DNA of 64,000 nucleotides. Origin: a virus. The stretch covers positions 2,369 to 66,368 of IMG/VR virus record IMGVR_UViG_3300043436_003448; one strand, given 5' to 3'. Both the position numbers and the translations under genes were made by a program. The notes beneath the pieces are model-generated. The model did not search any database, had not been told where the DNA came from, and saw only the letters and a list, made by a program, of their open reading frames with translations. How positions within the stretch are numbered: the stretch's first letter is position 1; the number at the start of each line of letters is the position of its first letter. Shown piece by piece: positions 1 through 10,298 of the stretch.

Positions 1-3000
1 TTGTGATATGGAAGTAACATGGCAATCTCTTCATCAACCGCCGCCCGCAGATCATCGTGATTCAGATCATTCTGCCCGGCAATCTCTGGGATCAGGTCCG
101 CGTTCGCCCGTTTCTTGATAGTCGCCTGTTTTGCGCCGGTTGACCGATTGTGCTTCTCGACTGCCTTTTCATAGTCTTTGGCTGAATCGAAATCCTCCTC
201 CTTTGGAGCTTCTCCAGCTGGCTCAACATCGTCGGCCATTGGTGTTTCGAGTTCCGCAGGATTAAAGGAAGTCGCTTTGGCCAGTTCTTTGGCCTGCTTC
301 TTTTCGGCTTTGGCGGATTCCTTCTTTTCAGCAACCTGCTGGGCCATTCCCTGAAGATGTTGTTCCCATGCTGCTTTCCGGGATTGACGAACTGGGGGAT
401 CAATCGACCGTTCCGGAGGCGAATAGTTGGTTTGCTCGCTGGCAGGTTTATTGAGGTTGTCAGGGTAATTGCGGGGTGAAGGAGTTTCTGAATCGCCGAC
501 GGCCGGAGAGGAAGAGTCTGCCGGCGCGGATTCACCCGATGAAGATCCTGATTCAGCACCATTCTTCGGGGCAAACTCGCCGCCCCGGCTTTCACTCGCC
601 CCCGCTGGTTGTCGCGGGTGATCGGAGTTGCTGAAGTTTCCGCCGCCAGAATCGCCGGGATCCCGCAACGGTCGAACCCCTGCCTTTCCGGCCGCCTGCG
701 TTTGTTGTTGCGTTACTGCTGGAGTTTGTGCCTGCTGCTGAGATCCCTGAGCCGGACCAACAACAACCCGTCCAGGAATACCCGCCGCATTTGCCCCAGA
801 CAAAGGCCGAACACCCGGAACCCCTGCCTTCCCGGCCGCCGCTGCTGAAACTGAATGAGCAGCAGTCTGAGCAGGCGAGGGAGGAGCATTTGCCGCCGCC
901 TGAGTATTGGCAGCATGTTGGTTAATGGCATTTTGAATGATCTGATTGACAACATTGTTTCCCATTTGCTGCTTTTGAAATGCAGACGCTGGAGGAGAAA
1001 CAGTAGCCACATTTGCGGCCGGAGAGGAAGGAGCCTGCGCGGGCTGAATCCCATTCGCTGCCATCGCTGATTGCATCCAAGCCGCCATCGCCGCCCCGAT
1101 CGCTGCATGAGCTACAGAACGAAGAGGACCGGAACGGAAGGCTTTGTTCGCGAGAGCCATTGCACCAGCGCCGACGGCTGCATGGATGAGCGGGTGAGCG
1201 TATTTATCAACCTGAACTTCCGACATTTCCGGCCGGACATACCGATCAATCACACCGTTCATCGTTTCGTAAATGTGCAAACGAGAATACTTTTCAGCCC
1301 CGGGAGCTTCTGGTTTCTTCAAAATCACCAGAGAGGTATTCACACCGGTTTGTCTTGGCGCGTCACTCCCGGCAAAAGAGGATTCTGGAAGTTCCTCAAA
1401 CTCTCCATGTTCATCAACAAATTCTGAAAATTCCGTTCTCTTCTTTCGGCTTGCTTCACGGTAAAGACGATCGCCGCCGGGAACAACCGCCACCAGTTTC
1501 CCGCCAGGCTTCAACAGACTGAAGGCGTGTTTTACGTGATCAATCGCCTGATCGTTTTCAAACGGTGGATTCATCACGATTCGATCGTATTCCCCTTTGT
1601 GCTCCAGAAAATCGCTGTGGTCAACATCATGGCCCTTCATCTTCAGGAGATCCTGAAGGCTTGAATGATGTTCAATTCCCTTCAACGTGACAGAATCACC
1701 GTGAGCAGCCTTCACCGCGTCCATGATTCGACCGGAGCCCGCTGAAGGTTCCAGAACGCTTTGGCCGTCGCGAATGTCGGCATGTTCCATCAGCCGATCG
1801 ATCACGCGAGGAGGAGTTGGATAGAAACCCTGTTCCCGATGTTCTCGGTGGATCTTCTTTTCAAGTTCCTTCACTGGATCTTTCTGGACGCTGCCATGTC
1901 GTTTCGCCTGATGTGGAGCCAGTTCTCGGAGAGCGGATCTCAATTCATGATCTTCCTGAATCCCCATCGCATAGAGTCGCTGGAAGTCGTCCTTGCTGCT
2001 AAACCCGCTCCAATCATGTTTCACGCCCTTTGACTTTGCACGATTCGCAAAGTCGAACCAATCTTTGGTCGATTGTTTGTTCAGGGTGATTCCGCGGTCT
2101 TCTGGATCTGAATGAGAATTCAATAACTTTTTCCACTTCGTTGCCTCTTGTTTCAGGCCTGGCGTATTGGCAGCAGCATCCAAAAACTTGCCGACATTGG
2201 ACGGGTAGATAATCTGACGAGGCATCTTTGCAAATGCCGCAGAATCAGCAGTCACGCCAGCCTGATACGTGTTTTCACGTTCCTGATAAGTAGCGTTCTT
2301 GCTCCAGTCGTCGCCGTATTTGTCTTTCAGTTTCTGTTCTTCATGCTTTCGCTGGGCCTGTTTCCAGATTCGCTGAAGGGATTCCAGTTGAGTCAGGGCA
2401 TTCATGCCGCGAAGGTGTTTTACTTCCCCGTTCTCCATCGCTTCAGAGATTGAGCGAAGACGAACAGCCTGATTCAAGTCGTGTTCCGCCGATGCCCGCG
2501 CACTGGCAGCCTGACCTGCTCGCTTATTTGTGTTTTCCTTCCGTTCGGCCGAGTAGGAAGCTGCCGCGCGTTCCTCGAGACGTTCGGCATGATCGGCCAA
2601 CTTTTCCCCAACCGTCTTTTCACGTTCTTCCTGCTTTGCTCCAAGGATGTCCGACCGATCAACCTTTTCGCCGGCCATAGCCTGCAGGAACCGGTTTCGC
2701 TTGTCTTCGTCCGGGAAGTGGAAGCCGCCAGGAGTTCCGCCGAACTGCTTGTAGTACCAGCCGCCAAGACGTTTAGCCGCCGTGTTCATTTTGTCGTATT
2801 CGTCGCGCTCGACTCGGTTTTTCGGCGATGCCGTGAAAATATCCTGGCCGCGTTTCGAGTGAAAATTCTTAGTGAGTTCGAACCCGCCATGATCGCCGGA
2901 AACATTAACCTGAACTGCAGTTGGCTTCTTTACTTCTTCCCGGCCGGAACGAGTCTTTTCAGACAGCAGGTTGTCATAGGCTTCTTGTTGCTCTGAGGTG

Positions 3001-5072
3001 AGTTTTTCGTAGCTGCCGACTTTCTTGATTGCCAGTTCGAAGTCTTTCAGGGTTTTCGGGTTTGCCGCTGCTTCCTCATTGGCTGCATTTGCTGCCTTCC
3101 AATCCGCAATGTTCTTTGCTTCCTTCTCGACGTGAGCCGCCAAGGATTCAGGAGTTTGTTTTGCAACGTGAGCAGCCAGCCGACGGACGGCAGCGCCATT
3201 CATTCCGCCAGCACCCCTGATATCGGAATCGGAGTAGATGTTTGAGATCCCATCGCCAACATTGAACGCTCGACTCATCATCGTTGCATAGACAGATTCC
3301 GCGTTCTCGCCTTTCTTGCTTTCACCGCGGATTGCTCGCCAATCACCGAGATTCGCTGCCATGTTCCGAAGTTGTTTTGCGTCGTATCGTTTCCCGAGAT
3401 CCGCAACAAAGGCTTCTTTGTTGTCGGTGTAGAATTTGTGGGCCTGCTGGAACTCATCAAAAGGAAGCTCGCCGGAATCGATCTTCCGGCTGAGTTGCAT
3501 CAGGGACCGGTAATCGCCGTGCGTTTCGGGATTGAACGAGCCGGAGAAATCTGAGTTTGATTTTTCTGGTTCTGACTGAGGCTCAGGTTCTGATTGCTGT
3601 TCAGGTTCAGGATCGGCCGGAGAGGAGGAAGCTTCCGGCGCTGGCTGTTCTTCTTCGTCTCGATGCCATCGGCCATCACGGAAAACCAGCCCTTCGGCGT
3701 TTGTGTCGCCGTCGTTTGGGCCGTCATCAGCTTTTGGCGTTTCCTGCCCATTCTTCCAGTCATTCACCGCAGAAATAACTTCCTTTGGAGTCATCGGTTT
3801 GCCGTCTTTCAACGGGACCAAATCTTGATACATCCATTTCGATCCGCCCTCAGACGTGATTCCGGTTTTGTTTACCCGCTTCACTGTTACAGAGTTTGAG
3901 GGGTTTTCGGCCAACGCCAATGAATCACCGGGCTTCAACGTTGCCTTCAGATATTCAGCATGAGAATCCCAGAAGTTTTGAACGGACTGTTTTTTCTCCT
4001 GACTCTTCGCCAGTTGTTCAGCGTCTTTCTGCTTTCCGAGTTCCGTTCTTCCGCCATGCTGATCAATCTCGCCACGGTCAAAGGCATCTGCCTTGCCCTG
4101 CAATAAGTTGGCTTGTTTGCGAACTTCAATTGACTTCAGGGCATTGTTTACCGATTGATCAATCCGCTTTGCTGCCTGCTTGCTGGTTCGCTGGGAAGAC
4201 GCATTTCCGGAGCGACCAACGCCGAGCGGAAAGGCAGACGCCATTGATTTGTCGAATGCAGAACCGCCAGGAGTCAGGGAGTCAGCTTTGTGGTTCAGTG
4301 AATCCATTTTTTCGCGGAATGGATTAACCCGATTCTCCATCGTCTTCGGGTTATTCAGATCCCCGGCATCCGAGTTGAACAACAGTTCCTGCCCCTTCAG
4401 ATCCCCAGTCCCCTTGCCGGTATCGAACAGCGCCCCCTGTTTCGTGGCAGCATCCGGCTTGCTGAAATCAACAGGTTTCGCGGGTGAAGGTTCTGGCGTG
4501 GAATCGAGCTCAAATGATTCACTCTCAGAATCACCAGTTGAATCATCAACGAAAATATCGGCCGGAGAGGAAGGATCTTCAGCCATCGCCTCTTCGAAGT
4601 CTTTCCCCATCGCCTCTTCAAAATCCATCGGCTCAACAGTCTTGAAATCCTCATCTTCATCGTCTTCAAACTTGAAGCCGGGATTCAGTTCCTCAAACAG
4701 TTTTCCCTGTCGATTATCAGGCCGACCACCCGAGATCCGCCCCATTTCCGCCAATGGCTTTGGTTTTGGCGCTGGCCCTTCCTCTCCGGCCGCCCCTTCC
4801 TTCTCAATCTGCTCCTTCGTCTTCCCCATCAGAGCCTTTGGCCCCTTCATGATCCGGCCATCTTCCCCGCTGATGAATACGCGAGCCCCGCGCATCGTTA
4901 CCCATTTCCCGGACTCATCATCGACCCGCTTCGAGAATAGCGGCTTCTGGCGTTCTTCTGGCTTCTCAAACAGTCCCAATTGACCGGCCGCCGGTTTTTG
5001 TCTCCGAGCGTATTCGTCGACGATGGCGTTTATCGTGTCACGGATTGAGAATTGAGCAGTTGAAGCCGTCAT
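1..5072 (-). CDS. Giant (>1690 aa, runs off window) polyvalent head-associated protein with N6-adenine DNA methyltransferase domain
   Basis: Not in the ORF track, consistent with no stop before base 1. ATG at 5072 with GGTGG RBS; hand translation MTASTAQFSIRDTINAIVDEYARRQKPAAGQLGLF. MTase motifs VLEPSAGSG (~1731-1758) and IVMNPPF (~1560-1580). HPRQPAG..GGEF motif (~580-620), typical of head-associated phage proteins. The same frame is still open at bases 3-65. Confidence 0.85.
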   Translation of the reverse strand, partial: MTASTAQFSIRDTINAIVDEYARRQKPAAGQLGLFEKPEERQKPLFSKRVDDESGKWVTMRGARVFISGEDGRIMKGPKALMGKTKEQIEKEGAAGEEGPAPKPKPLAEMGRISGGRPDNRQGKLFEELNPGFKFEDDEDEDFKTVEPMDFEEAMGKDFEEAMAEDPSSPADIFVDDSTGDSESESFELDSTPEPSPAKPVDFSKPDAATKQGALFDTGKGTGDLKGQELLFNSDAGDLNNPKTMENRVNPFREKMDSLNHKADSLTPGGSAFDKSMASAFPLGVGRSGNASSQRTSKQAAKRIDQSVNNALKSIEVRKQANLLQGKADAFDRGEIDQHGGRTELGKQKDAEQLAKSQEKKQSVQNFWDSHAEYLKATLKPGDSLALAENPSNSVTVKRVNKTGITSEGGSKWMYQDLVPLKDGKPMTPKEVISAVNDWKNGQETPKADDGPNDGDTNAEGLVFRDGRWHRDEEEQPAPEASSSPADPEPEQQSEPEPQSEPEKSNSDFSGSFNPETHGDYRSLMQLSRKIDSGELPFDEFQQAHKFYTDNKEAFVADLGKRYDAKQLRNMAANLGDWRAIRGESKKGENAESVYATMMSRAFNVGDGISNIYSDSDIRGAGGMNGAAVRRLAAHVAKQTPESLAAHVEKEAKNIADWKAANAANEEAAANPKTLKDFELAIKKVGSYEKLTSEQQEAYDNLLSEKTRSGREEVKKPTAVQVNVSGDHGGFELTKNFHSKRGQDIFTASPKNRVERDEYDKMNTAAKRLGGWYYKQFGGTPGGFHFPDEDKRNRFLQAMAGEKVDRSDILGAKQEEREKTVGEKLADHAERLEERAAASYSAERKENTNKRAGQAASARASAEHDLNQAVRLRSISEAMENGEVKHLRGMNALTQLESLQRIWKQAQRKHEEQKLKDKYGDDWSKNATYQERENTYQAGVTADSAAFAKMPRQIIYPSNVGKFLDAAANTPGLKQEATKWKKLLNSHSDPEDRGITLNKQSTKDWFDFANRAKSKGVKHDWSGFSSKDDFQRLYAMGIQEDHELRSALRELAPHQAKRHGSVQKDPVKELEKKIHREHREQGFYPTPPRVIDRLMEHADIRDGQSVLEPSAGSGRIMDAVKAAHGDSVTLKGIEHHSSLQDLLKMKGHDVDHSDFLEHKGEYDRIVMNPPFENDQAIDHVKHAFSLLKPGGKLVAVVPGGDRLYREASRKKRTEFSEFVDEHGEFEELPESSFAGSDAPRQTGVNTSLVILKKPEAPGAEKYSRLHIYETMNGVIDRYVRPEMSEVQVDKYAHPLIHAAVGAGAMALANKAFRSGPLRSVAHAAIGAAMAAWMQSAMAANGIQPAQAPSSPAANVATVSPPASAFQKQQMGNNVVNQIIQNAINQHAANTQAAANAPPSPAQTAAHSVSAAAAGKAGVPGVRPLSGANAAGIPGRVVVGPAQGSQQQAQTPAVTQQQTQAAGKAGVRPLRDPGDSGGGNFSNSDHPRQPAGASESRGGEFAPKNGAESGSSSGESAPADSSSPAVGDSETPSPRNYPDNLNKPASEQTNYSPPERSIDPPVRQSRKAAWEQHLQGMAQQVAEKKESAKAEKKQAKELAKATSFNPAELETPMADDVEPAGEAPKEEDFDSAKDYEKAVEKHNRSTGAKQATIKKRANADLIPEIAGQNDLNHDDLRAAVDEEIAMLLPYH

Positions 5073-5132
5073 TGAAAACCACCTATCCAGATTTCAAAAA
5101 TCACACATATCACATGCATGTCACAACAAAGA

Positions 5133-7448
5133 TTAGCATTCAACTTTGGCCAATGACTTAGCCCGCATCGGCCCACCCTTGGCAATCCACTTTTTGAACA
5201 ATTCAGCCGTCATGCTCGCCGCCGGCCCGCACTTCCAGCCCTTCGGATAATTGGCCAGATACAACTTTTTGGCTTCTTTCCGATTCAGGCACCCAACAAC
5301 AACTTTGAATTCATCAAAATCCCCATCCTGATCAACCTGCTTGATCACCAGCACGAAATCTGAATCAGGGTGATTCCCAACGTAAACGTCCAGATTATCG
5401 CCGTCATTTGCTGCAGTCCGACGGAAATAGCCGTAGTGGCTGGACATTGTCCGAGACCATTCACGGCCGGAATCTGAGCAGCCCGAGCGAGTTGAGCCCT
5501 TCGGATTCTCGATGGCAATTTCCAGCCCCTTCCAAGGGAAGATTCCCTTTGAGTAGTTCCCGGCTTCTCGCTGGGCGGGAGTTGGGGAAGTGTGGGTTTC
5601 ACTGGCCGCGCTGTTCAGGAGTCGGGAAGATCGGCGTTGATATTGATCAGGTTTTGCGGCCGGAGAGGAAGGAGGCCCGGATTCTTCGCCCTGATCCCCA
5701 TTCACCTTACCCGCCACATGATCAATTACTCCCTGTTTCGCCGCCTTCACCTCTCCGGCCGCCTTCACATGCTCATGAGCAGCATCAATCTGGTTTCCGA
5801 ACCCAGTTCCTTTCGGGAATTGCATCCCGTTATTCATCCCGGCCGCAGCAGCCGCCGCATCCTGATCAGACTTCCTCAGCATTCTCTCATTCGGATTGTC
5901 TAGGCTCACCCCGATTGCCTCAGCAACATCCTTTTCAGGAATCCCGAGCCCCATTTCCCAAGCCGTCCGATACCCGTCCAACTTGTCTTTGACGTTGTCA
6001 CTTTCCAACTCATGCTTCAGATCAAACTGCCAACTTTCCGTTTCCGGCCAATTCGCCAGCTGGATCGGGCGCACCAATTCATGGGTCAACGTTTCCTGAA
6101 GATTGTTGCTGTCATACATCACAATCTGAGCCAACGAATCTTTCTGGAAGTCAGCCACTGAACTCCCCAAACCCGTCGCATCCGCTTCCGTGCTCAATGT
6201 CTGCCCGATGATGTATCGCTTGATCCGATGGCCGAAATACTTGTCCTGGATGTTTACGAGCATATCCATGCCCGCAAAACCCGGCTCCACGATCCGCAAA
6301 TCGTAAACAGCTGAATCCATGCCCAGAGGCTTCGGGAAGAAGATTTGATTCCTTCCGAACGCCATTCGGTTTTTCGCCGCTTCCATCACTGAGCGTTTCG
6401 CCTCAGCATCCCCGGACGGGTATTCATAAATTTCAATGCCGCCGGCCGAGCGTTCCATGTACTCCATCAGGAAGCCAAGAATCTCCTGCTTCAGGAACCA
6501 TTCGTTGTAAATTCGGTCCCTGATCCCGACGCCGTGAATTCGACCGGCCTTCCGAGGATTGTGGTATTCCGCATCTTCAATCATGTGCTTGTGGCAAATG
6601 ATCGTTTGGCGTTCGGCCGGAGAGAGGAAGATTGCCGCGCCGCTGTTCGTGTACTCAATATTTTGAATGCCGCGGATTCGGGCATCCTTCGGAATCACTG
6701 GAGAAACGCGGACGCCCATTTGATCGGGAAAGGCACCGGGAGGCATTTTTTCGCCGTCATCATACCGAAAAACAACCTTATCCCCGTGAATGTGCTTCCA
6801 GCCGTTCGAATCAGCATGTTTCGCGCGCGGGTAGCAGTACATTTTCCCGCCGATGTTCCCGTGCCCGTAGGTATGCTGAATTGCCGATCGGCCAATCCAA
6901 ATCCCATCCATTAGGCAACGACGGTATTCCGTCCAACGGCGAATTCGCTTGATGATCTTTGTCAGTTCGGCCGCCACAGACTTCTGAGCAGGGCTCTTTG
7001 TGTCTTCCGGGACGATTGACCAATCCAGAAGTGCCGTCATTCGCTGGCGAATCTCCAGGCATTCCATAATGCCCAGATCCTTGCGCATCAACAGGGCATC
7101 ATTCGGATTCGCTTCCAAAGACTCATCGGACGGGAGGTAAGTTTTGGCCTGACTCCCGATCTTGCTGGCAAACGTCATCGCATGAGGGGCAACGTCCTGG
7201 CCGAACAATGGAGGAGCCCCGGGAATATCGCTCGCCGGATCTTTGGTTCTTTCAATCCAGTTGTTGACGAAGCTTGCAACCTTTTCCCGCTCGCCAGCAT
7301 TTTTCCCGCCGCCGTAGCCATCAGGATTCAGGCGAAACGCGATTCCTCCGGGAGCATCGAAAACATGGTCGGCAGACTTATTGAGCAAAGCCGCCGCGCT
7401 GAAGGATTCCGCACGGTTGAATTTGTTGGAATTTCCTGAAGTATTCAT
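5133..7448 (-). CDS. Portal protein (Mu gp29/DUF935-like) fused to C-terminal inorganic pyrophosphatase-like (InPase) domain
   Basis: Portal-like core (IKRYIIGQTLSTEADATGLGS, ETLTHELVRPI..NWP). C-terminus PTPAQREAGNYSKG..IAIENPKGSTRSG..HYGYF..DGDNLDVYVG..FDEFKVV matches the polyvalent-protein InPase domain. Start may be ATG 7448 or TTG 7463. Confidence 0.8.
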   Translation of the reverse strand: MNTSGNSNKFNRAESFSAAALLNKSADHVFDAPGGIAFRLNPDGYGGGKNAGEREKVASFVNNWIERTKDPASDIPGAPPLFGQDVAPHAMTFASKIGSQAKTYLPSDESLEANPNDALLMRKDLGIMECLEIRQRMTALLDWSIVPEDTKSPAQKSVAAELTKIIKRIRRWTEYRRCLMDGIWIGRSAIQHTYGHGNIGGKMYCYPRAKHADSNGWKHIHGDKVVFRYDDGEKMPPGAFPDQMGVRVSPVIPKDARIRGIQNIEYTNSGAAIFLSPAERQTIICHKHMIEDAEYHNPRKAGRIHGVGIRDRIYNEWFLKQEILGFLMEYMERSAGGIEIYEYPSGDAEAKRSVMEAAKNRMAFGRNQIFFPKPLGMDSAVYDLRIVEPGFAGMDMLVNIQDKYFGHRIKRYIIGQTLSTEADATGLGSSVADFQKDSLAQIVMYDSNNLQETLTHELVRPIQLANWPETESWQFDLKHELESDNVKDKLDGYRTAWEMGLGIPEKDVAEAIGVSLDNPNERMLRKSDQDAAAAAAGMNNGMQFPKGTGFGNQIDAAHEHVKAAGEVKAAKQGVIDHVAGKVNGDQGEESGPPSSPAAKPDQYQRRSSRLLNSAASETHTSPTPAQREAGNYSKGIFPWKGLEIAIENPKGSTRSGCSDSGREWSRTMSSHYGYFRRTAANDGDNLDVYVGNHPDSDFVLVIKQVDQDGDFDEFKVVVGCLNRKEAKKLYLANYPKGWKCGPAASMTAELFKKWIAKGGPMRAKSLAKVEC

Positions 7449-7799
7449 AGATTCAGCTTTCAAATACCGTGCAGATTACATGCATGTGACATCAGGAGTC
7501 GAACAAAAGGCACGTTTCACAGACAGCCAAATTCTGCTTCAGTTCTTTCACGCCCACCTTTTCGGCCGAAGAGGAGTGGCGACGATCAATTTCGCGCTCA
7601 AAATCAATGGAATCTCTGACGGTGCTCATGTTCTGGAGTTGACAGCGAAAGATAGTGATTGTCGCACCGCAGGAACAGGCGTTTGTGGCAACTACGCCTC
7701 CAAGATAGCCGCATTTCTTGGCCATTTTTACATTTCATTTATGTTGCATGGTTGTTATTATGTTGTCATGTGGGCGGGTTGTGCATGTGTTAAACGCGG

Positions 7800-8081
7800 T
7801 TGATTGTGTGCCTTTTTAAGAGGGTTTTTGAGATGGCTGGCAAGATTTCATTAGGTGTCATAATTCTGGCCTGTGCGTTTGGACTTGGATGGTATCGACG
7901 AGAAAGCACAAAGATAGAATTTGAAGTAATCAACGTTGTCCACGAACTCCCGGAAGGCCACGTAAACACACGAGGAATCGACCCGCCGTTTACAGTCGTC
8001 GGGCGAAACCTAAAGGCCGAAACTCACATTCTCCCCGGAGTGCTCGGACAAAAGGGCGAGACGGTTAAGATTCACCAGTAG
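7800..8081 (+). CDS. Small hypothetical membrane-anchored protein
   Basis: 93-aa ORF with N-terminal hydrophobic helix (ISLGVIILACAFGLGWY); lone plus-strand gene in the structural arm. Confidence 0.5.
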   Translation: MIVCLFKRVFEMAGKISLGVIILACAFGLGWYRRESTKIEFEVINVVHELPEGHVNTRGIDPPFTVVGRNLKAETHILPGVLGQKGETVKIHQ

Positions 8082-8754
8082 CGAACCGGGATGAAAGCCC
8101 CTTGCCTTCTGGCTTCCACGAATTCGATAGATTAGCCGTCCTGAAGTAGTTCAGGTTTTCCTCGTCGAGATTTTCACAGTCCAGATACCACGGCATATGC
8201 CTAGCTGTGTAAGGCATCGCTGAGCGTACTGTTTTGATTCCGCCAATACTCATTGCAAGCCTATGAGGCAAATCACTGCGATACATGCAAAGCGTCGTAT
8301 CGATTATCGCCCAGTAATATCGATTGTCTGGAGTTGGTTTTTTCCAGAAACGTTGCTCCCAAGTAACAACGCCACTTTGCCATTCCGGAAGATCGTCAAT
8401 TCTCAGACTAATCCCTGACTTTTCCGCGATGCCTGCACGTAGCGGTTCGCGAAGGACTTCCATCAGATCGAGCGGAACGCCGGCCAGATCCAAATCGCAG
8501 TCTGTCACGCAGTAAAACGCTTTGTCGGCATACTGATCGACAGCGCCGCATTTCCACGGTGCATGATGCCCAATGTTTTCCTCAAGCCTGATTACTTCAT
8601 GCGGGCAGTCTGTATCGTACCAGTTCAGGAGAGGAGCCCAATCAGAGTTGTTATCAACGATCACCACTCGCACATCTGGCATTTCAGCCAACTGGCTGCA
8701 AAGAGTCAGCGTAGTGGTCAGTCGATTGAAGACGTTGACGAAAACAGGAATCAT
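8065..8754 (-). CDS. Glycosyltransferase family 2 (GT-A fold)
   Basis: N-terminal VFVNVFNR, VVIVDNNSD, EENIGH and DxD motif (VTDCDLD). Confidence 0.75.
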   Translation of the reverse strand: MIPVFVNVFNRLTTTLTLCSQLAEMPDVRVVIVDNNSDWAPLLNWYDTDCPHEVIRLEENIGHHAPWKCGAVDQYADKAFYCVTDCDLDLAGVPLDLMEVLREPLRAGIAEKSGISLRIDDLPEWQSGVVTWEQRFWKKPTPDNRYYWAIIDTTLCMYRSDLPHRLAMSIGGIKTVRSAMPYTARHMPWYLDCENLDEENLNYFRTANLSNSWKPEGKGLSSRFATGES

Positions 8755-10298
8755 CTTGCCGCCTTCCAGAAATCAAACTCCGATTCGATCGTCTTCCAGT
8801 CTGCCAGAATATCACGGTCCATATGATCGAAAAACAGACACGCCGCATCGGCTTTGTCGCAAACGATCTCCGGCCAGGCTTCGATATACCATCGCGTCGG
8901 CTCAGTTCGCTCCCAGTCTCGCTGAAAGATTTCGCGGTTCCTGAACCAATAGAATGTTCCCGCATAGAACCATTCGCCCTTTCGATTCGCGACGAGCGGC
9001 CTGTGGCACTTCAATGCTCCAGCCATCGTATGTGATGCCAACGCGTCTTCAACGCTCTGGATGTCCATACAGGCCCGCCACATCATTTCTGCCCACGGCT
9101 GCTCAATCCCGTCTTTTCGGTGAGTCACGCCCTTGCAGTGTCCTCGAAAGGTGATCGTGTTCGGATCATCCGTTTTGACGATCCGCAGCAGGTCAGTCAT
9201 CGTGACGGTTTCGCCAAGTCTGGTGTTCTCCGCGATGACCCAATCAGTGACGCGGATTCCGTCCATGAGTCTTGTTACGTTTTCAGGGGCCGCCAGTCCT
9301 TTCCCGGTTACAACTGCGATGGCAATTTTCCCGTTGAACAAGTGCTGATGTCTGCGAATGCGATCAATGTGTTCGTGCCAATTCCATTCGGCACCCAGTT
9401 TCGGGTAAATGTGGAAAATCAGATTTCGCGTCGGGTTTATCAACGGACGGTAATTGTCGCCGTGAGTATGCCATTTGTAAGCCGGACAGTAAGCCGATCG
9501 GGCTTTGACTTTGAGTGCGAGATTGCAACCGCATCCACCGCGTTCCTGATCACAGGTTCCGTTGTTGTAAATCGGGCAGGATTTGCAGATTTCCAGCCGT
9601 TTAGCCTGCTGTTCATCACTAGCAACCGTCATGCCATCTTGCCAGAAATCAATGGCCGCATTCTTCAAGTTGGTGAGTCGATCAACTTGCTTTCCAACCC
9701 ATGAGCGGCGTTTCTCGATTCTCTTCGCGACAACATCGGATGAAGCACCGCCCCCACATGCTGAACAACCAGTGATCTTCTCGCCCGTGAATACGTTCAG
9801 TCTTTTTTCACGACGATCGGCAATGATCTTTTCGCATTCATCAATTGCGAGGACAATATCTTCCGCAATTCGAGCAGCGAAGGTTTCCGAAATTCGATTT
9901 TCCGCCACCCATGAGGACACATGAGGCGTCAGATCCTCCGTGATTGTCTCCAGTTGTGCGCGGCATCCAGACACGCCCCAATTGTTCATCTGCTGAAACA
10001 GGTCTTTTGCGAGGTCGTATGATTCAATGCCGGCTGCCTGGTAGATTCGTTGCAGCTCAGTTCCCGGCCCGTAGATATTGCTGGCAACAAACGAATTCGG
10101 ATCACTGATCGAATGACCGTGAAAAATGAACTCGGTTGAATCAACGGGCTTCGGTTCGCTGATGATTTCAAGCAGAGGCGGGAGCCCCCATTGAACTCGG
10201 TATGCATTTGTTTTGTGAGGCGTAAGCCCGGCTTCATTTCGGCAGATTTTCCACCGCCTGCTGCCAACCTCGAACACCTCACATTCAGCCAGGCTCAT
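8751..10298 (-). CDS. Cys-rich domain (RLEICKSCP..CGC..CP..KW, DUF6171-like) plus C-terminal putative glycosyltransferase-like domain
   Basis: Cys cluster in the middle. C-terminal HCKGVTH..GTFYWFR..RWYIEAWP pattern resembles viral GT-like proteins. Translationally coupled to the GT2 gene. Confidence 0.5.
   Translation of the reverse strand: MSLAECEVFEVGSRRWKICRNEAGLTPHKTNAYRVQWGLPPLLEIISEPKPVDSTEFIFHGHSISDPNSFVASNIYGPGTELQRIYQAAGIESYDLAKDLFQQMNNWGVSGCRAQLETITEDLTPHVSSWVAENRISETFAARIAEDIVLAIDECEKIIADRREKRLNVFTGEKITGCSACGGGASSDVVAKRIEKRRSWVGKQVDRLTNLKNAAIDFWQDGMTVASDEQQAKRLEICKSCPIYNNGTCDQERGGCGCNLALKVKARSAYCPAYKWHTHGDNYRPLINPTRNLIFHIYPKLGAEWNWHEHIDRIRRHQHLFNGKIAIAVVTGKGLAAPENVTRLMDGIRVTDWVIAENTRLGETVTMTDLLRIVKTDDPNTITFRGHCKGVTHRKDGIEQPWAEMMWRACMDIQSVEDALASHTMAGALKCHRPLVANRKGEWFYAGTFYWFRNREIFQRDWERTEPTRWYIEAWPEIVCDKADAACLFFDHMDRDILADWKTIESEFDFWKAAR

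Noticed and set aside
92-4983. Many short ORFs in the track (e.g. 4180..4983 +, 2481..2996 +)
   Set aside because: They are shadows of the single long minus-strand frame starting at 5072.
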